Assembly (NCBI GenBank): GCA_963729895.1
Contig: CAVSQB010000025.1
Location: 16,819 to 80,818, forward strand
Direction of reading: 5' to 3'
DNA length: 64,000 nt
Source: an uncultured Fibrobacterota bacterium
GTDB lineage: Bacteria; Fibrobacterota; Chitinivibrionia; Chitinivibrionales; FEN-1185
Shown here one piece after another: positions 37,532 through 47,013 of the stretch (position 1 is the stretch's first letter; each line of letters begins with the position of its first letter). A program made the translations under genes and the position numbers. Below the pieces are notes generated by a model. It was not told the origin of the DNA, did no database searches, and saw only the letters and a program-made list of their open reading frames with translations.

Positions 37532-38854
37532 TTATCTGTAGATAGCGACCTTGTCCTGGACTGTTCTTCCTGCCGAGGTCACACGGAGCAGGTAGGTGCC
37601 GTTCGTGACGAAGCGGCCGAAGGAGTCTTTGTAGTTCCAGAACGAACCTTCAGCGCCGGAAAGATGACAGATGAGCTTTCCGTTTGGACTATAGATATCG
37701 GTGGCGAGGTTGCCGAACGCATTGGCTTTAATAAAGATACCATCTTTGTTGCGGATGAGGCTAAGGCCGGATGCAGAAGCTTTTTGCACCAAAGAAGCTG
37801 GATTGATTGCTGTTGGGCCAGATGTGCCATAGACCTCAAACTCAAATATTGAAATTCCCCAGATATCTCCTGCCGGGGGTGGAAGTCTTTTGTACGAATG
37901 CATTCGAACATATTGTGTTACTGTTGGTGGTACGGCAAATGAAGTTTGACAAAAATCCGGAGGTTTGCTATACGTCAAGTTTGTGTCTCTTAGAAGAAAT
38001 GTCCAATCTGAATCAGGTGCTGTCGGTGTTCCAGGTTTTGTCCATGCCTGAAGCACATAATTGCCCGAAGCAGAATGCTCCCAATAAATCGCAATATACT
38101 TTACCGTATACTTTGCTCCCAAATCAACATAAATCCAATCGTTTCCCTTGAGTGAATCGGGCCTGCCATCGCCATAGTTGTTTTCCCATCTTGAACTAAA
38201 ATCTAGAGCGCCGTTCAAAAACATAATTCCATCAACCGCTAAGCTGCATGCAGCATCAGAAGAACTTGCAACAGCTGTTTTATGCAGCGCAAGGTTTGTT
38301 CCCAATGTGTTGAATACTCTCATTTCCCACATTGAGAACCCCCACTGGAAATTTCTCTTCATGCAGCGAACTTTGAGATATCTGGCACTTATTGGCGTGG
38401 CAAATTTGATTCTTCTATGCAGGGGTGTATGGCCATCGTCCGGCCAAGGATACACTTCCCCCGTAATCGTCGTATCTGTTGTCCAACCCGAATCGTTGGT
38501 TGTAGGGACTTCGGTATGTTGAATTTTGTAATTTAATGCAGCAGAATGTTCCCAAAGCAAATCGACGGAGTCAAAGGTCGCGACATATCCAAAATCAATG
38601 TAGAACCACGCAGAGTCACGCAGGACCGTATCGGCCCCGGAGTATTGTGCATAATTGCTGCCCCACTTGGTTGACGTATCGCCGTCGACAATATTACTGC
38701 CTAACATGCTGGCATTTTCATTGCTAGAGGTTACCACCGTCTTATTCAGTGCCAAATCCGAATCCTGCGCCCTCGCCCCAAACCCCCACGCCGCCACACA
38801 AACACCTACTAACGCCGCAACCGCAGTTTTTCTGTTCATCCGGGGCTTAATCAT
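37532..38854 (-). CDS. Secreted protein with two F5/8-type-C domains and a C-terminal FlgD/T9SS-like tail
   Basis: DLALNK..SS.E..DG..TKWGS, WIYVDLG, EFEVYG; tail IYSPNGKLI..WNYKDSFGRFVTNGTYLL. Confidence 0.8.
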   Translation of the reverse strand: MIKPRMNRKTAVAALVGVCVAAWGFGARAQDSDLALNKTVVTSSNENASMLGSNIVDGDTSTKWGSNYAQYSGADTVLRDSAWFYIDFGYVATFDSVDLLWEHSAALNYKIQHTEVPTTNDSGWTTDTTITGEVYPWPDDGHTPLHRRIKFATPISARYLKVRCMKRNFQWGFSMWEMRVFNTLGTNLALHKTAVASSSDAACSLAVDGIMFLNGALDFSSRWENNYGDGRPDSLKGNDWIYVDLGAKYTVKYIAIYWEHSASGNYVLQAWTKPGTPTAPDSDWTFLLRDTNLTYSKPPDFCQTSFAVPPTVTQYVRMHSYKRLPPPAGDIWGISIFEFEVYGTSGPTAINPASLVQKASASGLSLIRNKDGIFIKANAFGNLATDIYSPNGKLICHLSGAEGSFWNYKDSFGRFVTNGTYLLRVTSAGRTVQDKVAIYR

Positions 38855-39364
38855 TTTCACGGTTTTCCTTTCTGAAAAAGCTCCCAATAATTTGACTAGA
38901 AGAAATGTTGATCGAAATCGTATTGACCGATAATTATATCAAACAGAATGCCAAAATTCAACATAATATTGAAAATTGCGTGGTGCCCGCAGCACAGTAT
39001 TTTGGATTTGAGAAGGGATAGAAATCAAGCGGAGCTTTGCAAAAAATATTGCAGAAACGTCCCCGTTTACCGCCCCCTCCCAACACCCGGTTACCCATGC
39101 GCGCGCAGCCATAATATAAATATTTTTTCATGTTTGTGAAGGGAAAATCTAAGCGTCAATGGGTCATCATTGGTTTCTTGGCAGGGACAATCCACCTTAA
39201 ACTAAAGAGGAATATAGAATCACAAAATATGGATTGTTGAGCGGGTGCAGCCGGGCACCACTCTCTGCAAGCCCGAACCTTCAGCTGGGCGCACCCATGT
39301 AGCACCCGGTGATGCTCAACGTAAAAAGTAACTGGAAGCCTTGGGATGGACACATGTCTGAAAG

Positions 39365-39452
39365 AAGCCTCCCCTTCCAAAGGGGAGGTTTGGAGGGGTT
39401 GCCACTAGAAGCATTTTCCCTGCGGGATCTAAAGGGCAGAGCCCTTTCCATA
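39365..39452 (-). repeat. Dispersed ~85-bp repeat family B, copy 1
   Basis: Reverse complement aligns to 61463-61545. Confidence 0.85.
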
Positions 39453-39541
39453 TCCTCATCCTCATGTTTATTCCAGAATTCCAGAAAGTGGGCTAATCCC
39501 GTTTCGGCCGGGAACAGTAAATGACGTAACCCCTCGATAGT

Positions 39542-40096
39542 TCACTCCCTAACGTCAATCAAATACAGCGACATTGCTTTCAGCACAACGGGCCTGATCC
39601 TCGAAAGCCCAGCCCCCGAAACCGCGGCCGAAACCGCCTCCGGACTCAACCGGTGACCAAGCGGCGGGCCCAGTTCCTCCTGCCGGTACGGCCATTCGAG
39701 TACTGCGATCCGTGTGCGGGCAATGCGGCTGCATTCCTTGAGCGCGATTGCCGGGTTGTCAACCTCGTGCAGCAGATGGGCCAAAAACACGAGATCGAAC
39801 GATTTGTTTGCAAAGGGGAGATGTTCGGCTGTTGCCGCGGCAACAGCCGCGTCAGGGACAAAGCCGCGCAGTGCGCCAAGCATGCGCGGATTGAGATCCA
39901 TGCCCGCGCAAGACAGTCCGCGCGCCCTGAATGCCTGAAAGAATATCCCGCTGCCGCACCCGACATCAAGGACTGAAGCCGGGTTCGCCCCATCCAGGCA
40001 GGAGTCAACCACGCGCGGAACTTCCAGCGCCGCCAGCCGTTCCGGACGCCGCAGGAGTTCGATGTCACCGACAAAGGTTCGTTCGTTGGTGTGCAT
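39542..40096 (-). CDS. Class I SAM-dependent methyltransferase
   Basis: VLDVGCGSG, LPF..KSFDLV, LHEV. Confidence 0.85.
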   Translation of the reverse strand: MHTNERTFVGDIELLRRPERLAALEVPRVVDSCLDGANPASVLDVGCGSGIFFQAFRARGLSCAGMDLNPRMLGALRGFVPDAAVAAATAEHLPFANKSFDLVFLAHLLHEVDNPAIALKECSRIARTRIAVLEWPYRQEELGPPLGHRLSPEAVSAAVSGAGLSRIRPVVLKAMSLYLIDVRE

Positions 40097-40128
40097 CGGT
40101 TTTGCTTCCTAATCCCCTGAAGGCAACT

Positions 40129-40158
40129 GGAAGTACCCGAAGGGGTAAACTTCTCCCC
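40129..40158 (-). repeat. Dispersed hairpin repeat family A, copy 3
   Basis: ggaagtacccgaaggggtaaacttctcccc. Confidence 0.85.
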
Positions 40159-40175
40159 TCCAAAATGCATTGTAC

Positions 40176-41495
40176 TTATTTCATTCTTCTGTCAATCGGC
40201 ACAAACTCTCTTCGCCTCGGGCCGATGTAAATCTGGCGAGGACGCCATATCTTGCCCTTGTCGTTTTCCATGGTTTCTTTCCAGTGCGCGATCCAGCCCG
40301 GGAGCCGGCCGATGGTGAACATGACGGTGAGCATGTTGGTGGGGATGCCTATTGCCCGGTAGATAATGCCGGAGTAGAAATCCACATTCGGATAAAGCCG
40401 CCGCTCCACGAAATATTCGTCCTTGAGCGCGGCATCCTCGAGTTCCATGGCAAGATCGAGTAAAGGGTCCACCACGTTGAGCCTGGGGAGAAGGTCGTGG
40501 CATATTTTCTTGACGAGCCGGGCCCGGGGGTCGTAGTTCTTGTATACGGCATGGCCGAACCCCATGAGCTTGAATTTGTCACTCTTGCTTTTCGCTTTCT
40601 CCAGGTACTTCTTGACGTTCTTCCGGTCCTTGCGTATTGCGTCAAGCATTTCGATGACGGCCTGGTTTGCGCCGCCGTGAAACGGGCCCCACAGGGCCGA
40701 AATTCCCGCGGAGATCGCGGCGTACAGGTTGACGCCCGTGCTTGCAACGAGTTTGACGGCCGACGTCGAACAGTTCTGTTCGTGATCGGCGTGGAGAATG
40801 AACAACTGGTTGAGCACCTTGACAATATCGGGATTCAGCTCGTATTCTGCGACCGGCGAGGAGAACATCATGTTGAGGAAATTTGCGCAGTACGAGAGGT
40901 CGTGGCGCGGATACACCACGGGCTCGCCGCGCGACTTCTTGTACGAAAACGCGGCAATGGTTCTAACCTTGGAAAGCAGGCGCGCCTCGGTGATGTCGAA
41001 GCTCGGATCGTCGTATCCAAGGTAGGGGTAAAAGCTCGACAGCGACGTTACCATCGCGGACAATATGGCCATGGGATGCGAGTTCGGCGGGAACCCGGTA
41101 AAGAAATGGTGCATGTCCTCATGGATCATGGAATGCTGATTAAGGTAGCCCGAAAACTTCTTGAGTTCGGACGCCGTGGGCAGCTTGCCCTGCACGAGCA
41201 GGTACGCGACTTCCACGAAGGTGCAATTCTCCACCAGGTCTTCTATGTCGTATCCGCGGTACCGCAGAATGCCGTTCTCGCCGTCGACAAAGGTGATGTT
41301 TGACAGCGTGGATGACGTATTGGCGAACCCGTTATCGAACGTAAGGAACCCGCTCCCGGAGCGGAGCCCGGTGATGTCGATTCCTTTTTGGCCCTCGGTT
41401 CCCTCGATGACCGGAAGCTCGATGCGCTTTCCGTCAACGACGAATGCGGCCTTTCTTGTGGACACGGGCGCAGGATGGGGCGCATGCTTTTTCAT
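40176..41495 (-). CDS. gltA: Citrate synthase (type II)
   Basis: LRYRGY, LHADHEQNCST, HGGAN, MGFGH.VYK.YDPRA, YPNVDFYSG. Confidence 0.95.
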   Translation of the reverse strand: MKKHAPHPAPVSTRKAAFVVDGKRIELPVIEGTEGQKGIDITGLRSGSGFLTFDNGFANTSSTLSNITFVDGENGILRYRGYDIEDLVENCTFVEVAYLLVQGKLPTASELKKFSGYLNQHSMIHEDMHHFFTGFPPNSHPMAILSAMVTSLSSFYPYLGYDDPSFDITEARLLSKVRTIAAFSYKKSRGEPVVYPRHDLSYCANFLNMMFSSPVAEYELNPDIVKVLNQLFILHADHEQNCSTSAVKLVASTGVNLYAAISAGISALWGPFHGGANQAVIEMLDAIRKDRKNVKKYLEKAKSKSDKFKLMGFGHAVYKNYDPRARLVKKICHDLLPRLNVVDPLLDLAMELEDAALKDEYFVERRLYPNVDFYSGIIYRAIGIPTNMLTVMFTIGRLPGWIAHWKETMENDKGKIWRPRQIYIGPRRREFVPIDRRMK

Positions 41496-41682
41496 GGAAG
41501 AAGAATCCTTTGCGAAAATGGAAAAGGAATCCTTTGCACCTACCTAAAAAATATATCTTGTAGGGCGGTCGAAGCACAGAGGATAATGATGAAATCAACT
41601 GTTCCGCATGTCAATGGCCGGCACCGGCTTCGCAAATGAACGCAGGCGAACATGTATTTTATGAAGGCACTCTTCACCAAGG

Positions 41683-42450
41683 ATGACGCATATGGACGAT
41701 CCGGAAAAACCCGGTAACGCGGATCGGAAAAAGACCGCACTTGTTACCGGCGGAAGCAGGGGAATCGGCAGGGCCATTTCCGAGCGGCTTGCGGCGGACG
41801 GATATCATGTTGTCATCAACTTCCGCTCAAACACCAAAGAAGCGGAAGAGACGCTGGGCCGCATCCAAAACGCGGGCGGGACGGGCGAGCTGTGCCGATT
41901 CGACGTGTCTGATAGGAGTGACGTAAATAAGGCTATGACCGATGCGCTCATTCGCCACCCCGCGGTGGACGCGCTCGTGCTGTGCGCGGGCATCCGCCAC
42001 GACGAACTCCTCGTCTTCATGACGGAAGAGCATTGGGACGCTGTGCTCGCAACCGATCTGCTGAGTTTTCACGCCGTGGTGAAACCCGTGGTAAAGCAGA
42101 TGATACTCAACAGGCAGGGCCGCATCATCGTGATTTCGTCTACGTCGGGCGAAAGCGGGCTGCCGGGCCAGGTCAACTACTCCGCCGCAAAGGCGGGACT
42201 CATCGGCGCGGTAAAGGCGCTTGCGCTCGAGTGCGCCAAACGGAACGTGCTTGTCAATGCCGTAACGCCCGGATTCATTCAAACCGACATGACCGAGGCG
42301 CTCGCAGCCAAGGAACTGGCCCGGAGGATTCCAATGGCGCGGGTCGGGAAACCTGAGGAGGTCGCGTCGGTAGTGTCGTTTCTGGCATCGAAGGACGCGA
42401 GCTATATCACCGGTCAGGTGATTGGGGTCAACGGCGGAATTTACATGTAA
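41683..42450 (+). CDS. fabG: 3-oxoacyl-ACP reductase
   Basis: TGGSRGIG, NYSAAKAG, VTPGFIQTDMT, YITGQVI.VNGG. Confidence 0.9.
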   Translation: MTHMDDPEKPGNADRKKTALVTGGSRGIGRAISERLAADGYHVVINFRSNTKEAEETLGRIQNAGGTGELCRFDVSDRSDVNKAMTDALIRHPAVDALVLCAGIRHDELLVFMTEEHWDAVLATDLLSFHAVVKPVVKQMILNRQGRIIVISSTSGESGLPGQVNYSAAKAGLIGAVKALALECAKRNVLVNAVTPGFIQTDMTEALAAKELARRIPMARVGKPEEVASVVSFLASKDASYITGQVIGVNGGIYM

Positions 42451-42477
42451 TCCGGCGCGCTCAAGAAACAACAACAC

Positions 42478-44673
42478 ATGCTTGATATATCTAAACACTC
42501 TATTCCCAACACAAGGGCGCTCGTTGCGTTGTTGGTTCTTGCTGCCGGCGCGGCATTCCATGCCGTTTCCGCAATCGACACCGTCGGCACGGGTGGTCTT
42601 GTCAAAGGGCAATGCCGTCAGGCCCTCGATGCGCTGGGCCGGGATTCGGCTGTAACCGATTCGATGTTCTGGCGCCTCAAACGGGGGATAGCGTATTTCG
42701 ACTGCCTGGATTACGGGCGGGCGGTGGAACAACTGAGAACATGCGCGGCCGATTCGTCTTTGCTGCGGGGAATCGCGCTCGACCTCATCGGCGACATTGA
42801 GACCGCGCGGGCCAGGCCGTCCGATGCGGCAACGGCGTATCTGTCGGCCCAGCGGGACTCGCTGCCCTCGGCGGTGCTGCAGGACATCACGGAGAAGATG
42901 TACGGCCTTGTCAAGGCGCATCCGGAACTCTCCGCTTCGTTTCCCGAGCTTGCCGCGCTTGCCGCCGAAAAGAAATTCCTCCTCGAGCAGGCCGTGGACA
43001 CTACCGGGCCCCGTATCGACTCTCTCATGAAGGCGGGGCTGTGGAAGGCGGCGGACAGCGCGCTTGCAAAGGAGATGGACACAACAGCCTCAAAAAAGAA
43101 TTGCAGGCTCATCGACCTTGTTGCCGGGGACAAGCCGCCCGACTCCGTGTTTTCAACCGCGCTCCTGTTCAGGCTGTCGCATTCGGCGTATGCGTGCAAG
43201 GAATATACGCTGGCCGATTCCTTCCTTGGCCGGGCCGAGACGCGAACGGATTTCGCACGAACGGTCGCAAAGAAAGACTACACGTTTCTCAAAGGGTTTG
43301 TAAGCTTCTCCCTCGGCCGGTACGGCCTCGCCTTTAAGAACCTGCTGGATTTCCAGAAGAAATACGGGCCCGCTCCGGACGTCGTGCTTGCTCTCGCCAG
43401 GTCGAACCGCTTCCTTGCAAACGATTCGGCCGCCCAGCGCTGGTACAACCGGTTTGTAAAGCTATACCCGAAGCACCCAAGCGCGCCCGACGTGTTCTGG
43501 CACCTTGCCTGGAAAGAAGAAGAAGACGAGCATTTCGAAAAGGCCGTGGGGCTGTACCAGAAACTGTACGCGCTCAAGAAAAATTCCTCCCGGGCGGATG
43601 AGGCCTACTTCCGCAAGGGACTCTGCTGGTACAAGGCAGGCAGGTATGCGCGGGCGTGCTCCTCATTTGTGGCGTTTGCAAAGGTGTTCTCCGACGCCCC
43701 CCTTGCGGCCGGAGCTCTTTACTGGAAGGGGAAAAGCCTTCTTGCCCTTGGAAAGACCAGGGAGGCGGCGGAAGCATTTGCCGCAGTGGTGCGAACCACG
43801 CCGACCGATTTTTATGCATTCAGGGCCCGGGAGGCGCTCACGCTGTCGGCGGACACGGCTTGTTTTCCCGCGATTGACACTACGTTTGACGCTGCGGCCA
43901 CGCGTGCGTGGATCGATTCGGTGTCGCCGTTGCCGCGGCAGGCGATCTCCAAAGCGGACAGCCTTTCGTTTGTGCGGGGCAGCATGCTCGCCCTGTGCGG
44001 CCTCACAAGCCGGGCGAGCAGGTTTCTTGACGGATTGGAAACCCGCTATGCATCGAACCTCGGCCTGCAGTTCGACGTGGCGTCGATATACAAAGACGGA
44101 AACAATCCCACGCTGTCGTTTCGCGTGGGCCGCAGGCTGTCGTGGCGGATCCCGGCCGCGTGTCGCGCGGTGATGCCGCTTCCGCTGTTCGAAATTCTCT
44201 TCCCGACTCCTTTTCCGGATCTTGTTGCGGGCGAAGGGAGCAAAAACGGCGTTGATCCCTACCTGGTGCTCGCGGTGATGCGCCAGGAAAGCGTGTTCGA
44301 CGCGGATGCGCTGTCCCGCTCGGGCGCCATCGGTCTCATGCAGATCATGCCGTTTACCGGCAGGGCCGTTGCGCAGAAACTCGGTGAACCCTTCAGCGCC
44401 GATTCTCTCCTCAACCCGCAAACCAACATCAGGTACGGTTCCTTTTACATACGGCAATTACTCGACCAGTTCAAGGGGAACATGGTGCTTGCGCTGGCAA
44501 GCTACAACGGCGGTCCGCCCAGGGCGTCGGAATGGTACGCAAAAAACAAACGCGAAACATTCGATCTTTTTGTCGAGGATATCGGGTACACCGAAACGCG
44601 CGGGTACGTGAAAAAGGTCCTGGCAAACTACTGGACCTACCGCCTGTTTTCGGCGCGGCGGCCTCTTAATTGA
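42478..44673 (+). CDS. Soluble lytic transglycosylase with TPR repeats
   Basis: AVMRQES.F, GAIGLMQIMP, ASYNGG, ETRGYVKKV; N-terminal TPRs. Confidence 0.9.
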   Translation: MLDISKHSIPNTRALVALLVLAAGAAFHAVSAIDTVGTGGLVKGQCRQALDALGRDSAVTDSMFWRLKRGIAYFDCLDYGRAVEQLRTCAADSSLLRGIALDLIGDIETARARPSDAATAYLSAQRDSLPSAVLQDITEKMYGLVKAHPELSASFPELAALAAEKKFLLEQAVDTTGPRIDSLMKAGLWKAADSALAKEMDTTASKKNCRLIDLVAGDKPPDSVFSTALLFRLSHSAYACKEYTLADSFLGRAETRTDFARTVAKKDYTFLKGFVSFSLGRYGLAFKNLLDFQKKYGPAPDVVLALARSNRFLANDSAAQRWYNRFVKLYPKHPSAPDVFWHLAWKEEEDEHFEKAVGLYQKLYALKKNSSRADEAYFRKGLCWYKAGRYARACSSFVAFAKVFSDAPLAAGALYWKGKSLLALGKTREAAEAFAAVVRTTPTDFYAFRAREALTLSADTACFPAIDTTFDAAATRAWIDSVSPLPRQAISKADSLSFVRGSMLALCGLTSRASRFLDGLETRYASNLGLQFDVASIYKDGNNPTLSFRVGRRLSWRIPAACRAVMPLPLFEILFPTPFPDLVAGEGSKNGVDPYLVLAVMRQESVFDADALSRSGAIGLMQIMPFTGRAVAQKLGEPFSADSLLNPQTNIRYGSFYIRQLLDQFKGNMVLALASYNGGPPRASEWYAKNKRETFDLFVEDIGYTETRGYVKKVLANYWTYRLFSARRPLN

Positions 44674-44809
44674 CGGCTGACTGCGGGTACGACATGATGC
44701 AGAAAATTAAAACGGCTCTCCGGGAAGCGACCGATTTGCACATTTCCTTGCTTTCCATCGCCCGATATTGTTTTTTTTAAGCTATTCAATTCCACAACAA
44801 GGAGCGTCT

Positions 44810-45781
44810 ATGAAAATGCACCTGATCGCCCTTTCGCTTTCGCTGGCTGCCGCATCGATTGGCGCCGGCCAGAAGCACGAGACAAAAATCGATTCCATGT
44901 CTTATGAAACCGGCGCTGAATGGAAAATATACCAGACAGGCGGCGCGGTGCGGGCGTTTGCGCTGAACGGCGGCGTGATTTGGTCCATAACCGAGGCCGG
45001 CGTTACGTCTCTTAATACCGCCACCGGGAAGAAAAACGACATGCAGACCTACAAAGACCTGGGCGGTATTCCGTGCGCCGACGCCACCTGCATCGCCGTC
45101 GATAATGGAGGAATCGTCTGGATCGGCACCAAGGTCGGGCTTGTCATGAAGACCAAGGATTCATTCAAGGTGTTCAAGAAAGAAAACGGCCTTTCGGACA
45201 ACACCGTCAACAAAATCCTTCCTGTAAAGGGTGGCAAACTGTGGGTCGCAACGGATAACGGCGTGTCGCTGTACCAGGGCGGCGCCTGGACCGTGTATGG
45301 AACCAAGGACGGTCTTGCCGGCGACAAGGTCCGCGACATCGTTGTGGGACCCAACGGCGCCGTCTGGTTCGGCACCAACAAGGGGATTTCCGCTTACGAC
45401 GGGACAGCCTGGAACAACCATACCATGAAAAACGGCCTGAGCTGGAACGACACAAAGGCGCTTGCCTACGACGGCCGGGCAAACGTCATCTGGGCGGCGG
45501 TCGGCGACAAGGACATGAATTCCTATGATGGAAAATCGTGGAAAGTGTTCATGGAAGTGGCAGAGGGCGTTATCGCCATCATGGCCGACACCCAAAGCAG
45601 GATTTGGATCGCCACGGCCACCGGGCTGATGAAGTTCAACGGAGAGGAATGGATTTCCGACCCGCAGAAGATCGGCATTACCGCTGCCCAGGTGACCCAG
45701 ATGGCCCGCGACGAAAAAGGCAATTTGTGGTTCGGCATGGAATCCGGAGTGCTCAAACTGGATAATCCCTATCCTTATTGA
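44810..45781 (+). CDS. Secreted beta-propeller (Reg_prop repeat) protein
   Basis: Signal peptide; repeated G.(V/L)W(I/F)GT..G(L/I)..Y/F motifs; GGAG RBS. Confidence 0.8.
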   Translation: MKMHLIALSLSLAAASIGAGQKHETKIDSMSYETGAEWKIYQTGGAVRAFALNGGVIWSITEAGVTSLNTATGKKNDMQTYKDLGGIPCADATCIAVDNGGIVWIGTKVGLVMKTKDSFKVFKKENGLSDNTVNKILPVKGGKLWVATDNGVSLYQGGAWTVYGTKDGLAGDKVRDIVVGPNGAVWFGTNKGISAYDGTAWNNHTMKNGLSWNDTKALAYDGRANVIWAAVGDKDMNSYDGKSWKVFMEVAEGVIAIMADTQSRIWIATATGLMKFNGEEWISDPQKIGITAAQVTQMARDEKGNLWFGMESGVLKLDNPYPY

Positions 45782-45847
45782 GGTGGGCCCGCCTGACAAC
45801 CGAGGTGATGATTACATGTATATTCACTACCGGGAGGTATCTTGCAC

Positions 45848-46951
45848 ATGGAGAAGATAAGGATAGGCGTGATAGGCGTGGGCAATTGCGCCAGCTCCCT
45901 CCTCCAGGGCATCCGTTACTACGGCGGCAGCGGCGGTGCAGACGCCACCGGCCTCATGCACTGGAACATCGGCGGGTACAGGCCGTTCGATATCGAAGTC
46001 GCGTCAGCCTTCGACATTGACAAAAGAAAAGTGGGTAAGGACGTCAATGCAGCCATCTTCGAACGTCCCAATTGCACCACAGTGTTCTGCCCGGACATGC
46101 CCAAGGCCGGCGTGACGGTGACGATGGGACGGATCCTCGACGGCGTTGCCGACCACATGAAGAATTTTGAAGCCGACTACACGTTTGTCCCCAGCAGCGA
46201 AAAAGAATCGGACGCCCCTGCCATTGTCTCCATCCTCAGGGAAACGCACACCGAAATGCTGCTCAACTACCTGCCCGTTGGTTCCGAAGAGGCAACCCGG
46301 TTCTACGCCGAATGCGCGCTGGAGGCCGGAGTCGCCTTTATCAACAACATGCCGGTGTTCATCGCAAGCAGCCCCTCTTGGGCACAACGGTTTGCAGAGA
46401 AGAATATCCCGCTCATCGGCGACGACATCAAGGCTCAGCTCGGCGCCACCATCACCCACCGCACGCTTACCGACCTGTTCCGCAAGCGCGGGGTGAAGCT
46501 CGAACGCACCTATCAGCTCAACACGGGCGGCAACACCGATTTTCTCAACATGCTCAACCGTTCGCGCCTCGCCTCGAAAAAGGAGTCCAAGACCGAGGCG
46601 GTGCAGTCGGTCGCCGCCAAACGCCTTGCCAAAAGAGATATCCACATCGGGCCGAGCGACTACGTTCCGTGGCAGGACGACCAGAAGGTGTGCTTCATCC
46701 GCATGGAGGGGAAGCTGTTCGGCGATGTGCCCATGAACCTCGAAATGCGCCTGAGTGTCGAAGACTCGCCGAATTCGGCGGGCGTAGCCATCGATTCCAT
46801 CCGCTGCTGCAAGCTGGCGCTCAACCGCGGCGCGGGCGGCGCGCTGTGTTCACCGTCCGCGTATTTCTGCAAGCATCCGCCCACCCAGTTTCCCGACGAC
46901 GAAGCCTACAGGATGACGGAAGAGTTTATTGAGGGGAAGAGGAATTCGTAA
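45848..46951 (+). CDS. ino1: myo-inositol-1-phosphate synthase
   Basis: GVGNCASSL, NYLPVGS, GDDIK.QLGAT, YQLN.GGNTDFLNM, DSPNSAG; GGAGG RBS. Confidence 0.92.
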   Translation: MEKIRIGVIGVGNCASSLLQGIRYYGGSGGADATGLMHWNIGGYRPFDIEVASAFDIDKRKVGKDVNAAIFERPNCTTVFCPDMPKAGVTVTMGRILDGVADHMKNFEADYTFVPSSEKESDAPAIVSILRETHTEMLLNYLPVGSEEATRFYAECALEAGVAFINNMPVFIASSPSWAQRFAEKNIPLIGDDIKAQLGATITHRTLTDLFRKRGVKLERTYQLNTGGNTDFLNMLNRSRLASKKESKTEAVQSVAAKRLAKRDIHIGPSDYVPWQDDQKVCFIRMEGKLFGDVPMNLEMRLSVEDSPNSAGVAIDSIRCCKLALNRGAGGALCSPSAYFCKHPPTQFPDDEAYRMTEEFIEGKRNS

Positions 46952-47013
46952 TTTGATTTTTGATGGGGGAACGCCCTAGTACGTATTCTCCTCACGCAAC
47001 ATGTGAAGGTTTT

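Noticed and set aside
39236..39320. Integron attC site (GTTGAGC / GCTCAAC)
   Set aside because: Core sites are in the wrong order (GTTRRRY precedes RYYYAAC on both strands); no integrase or cassette array.
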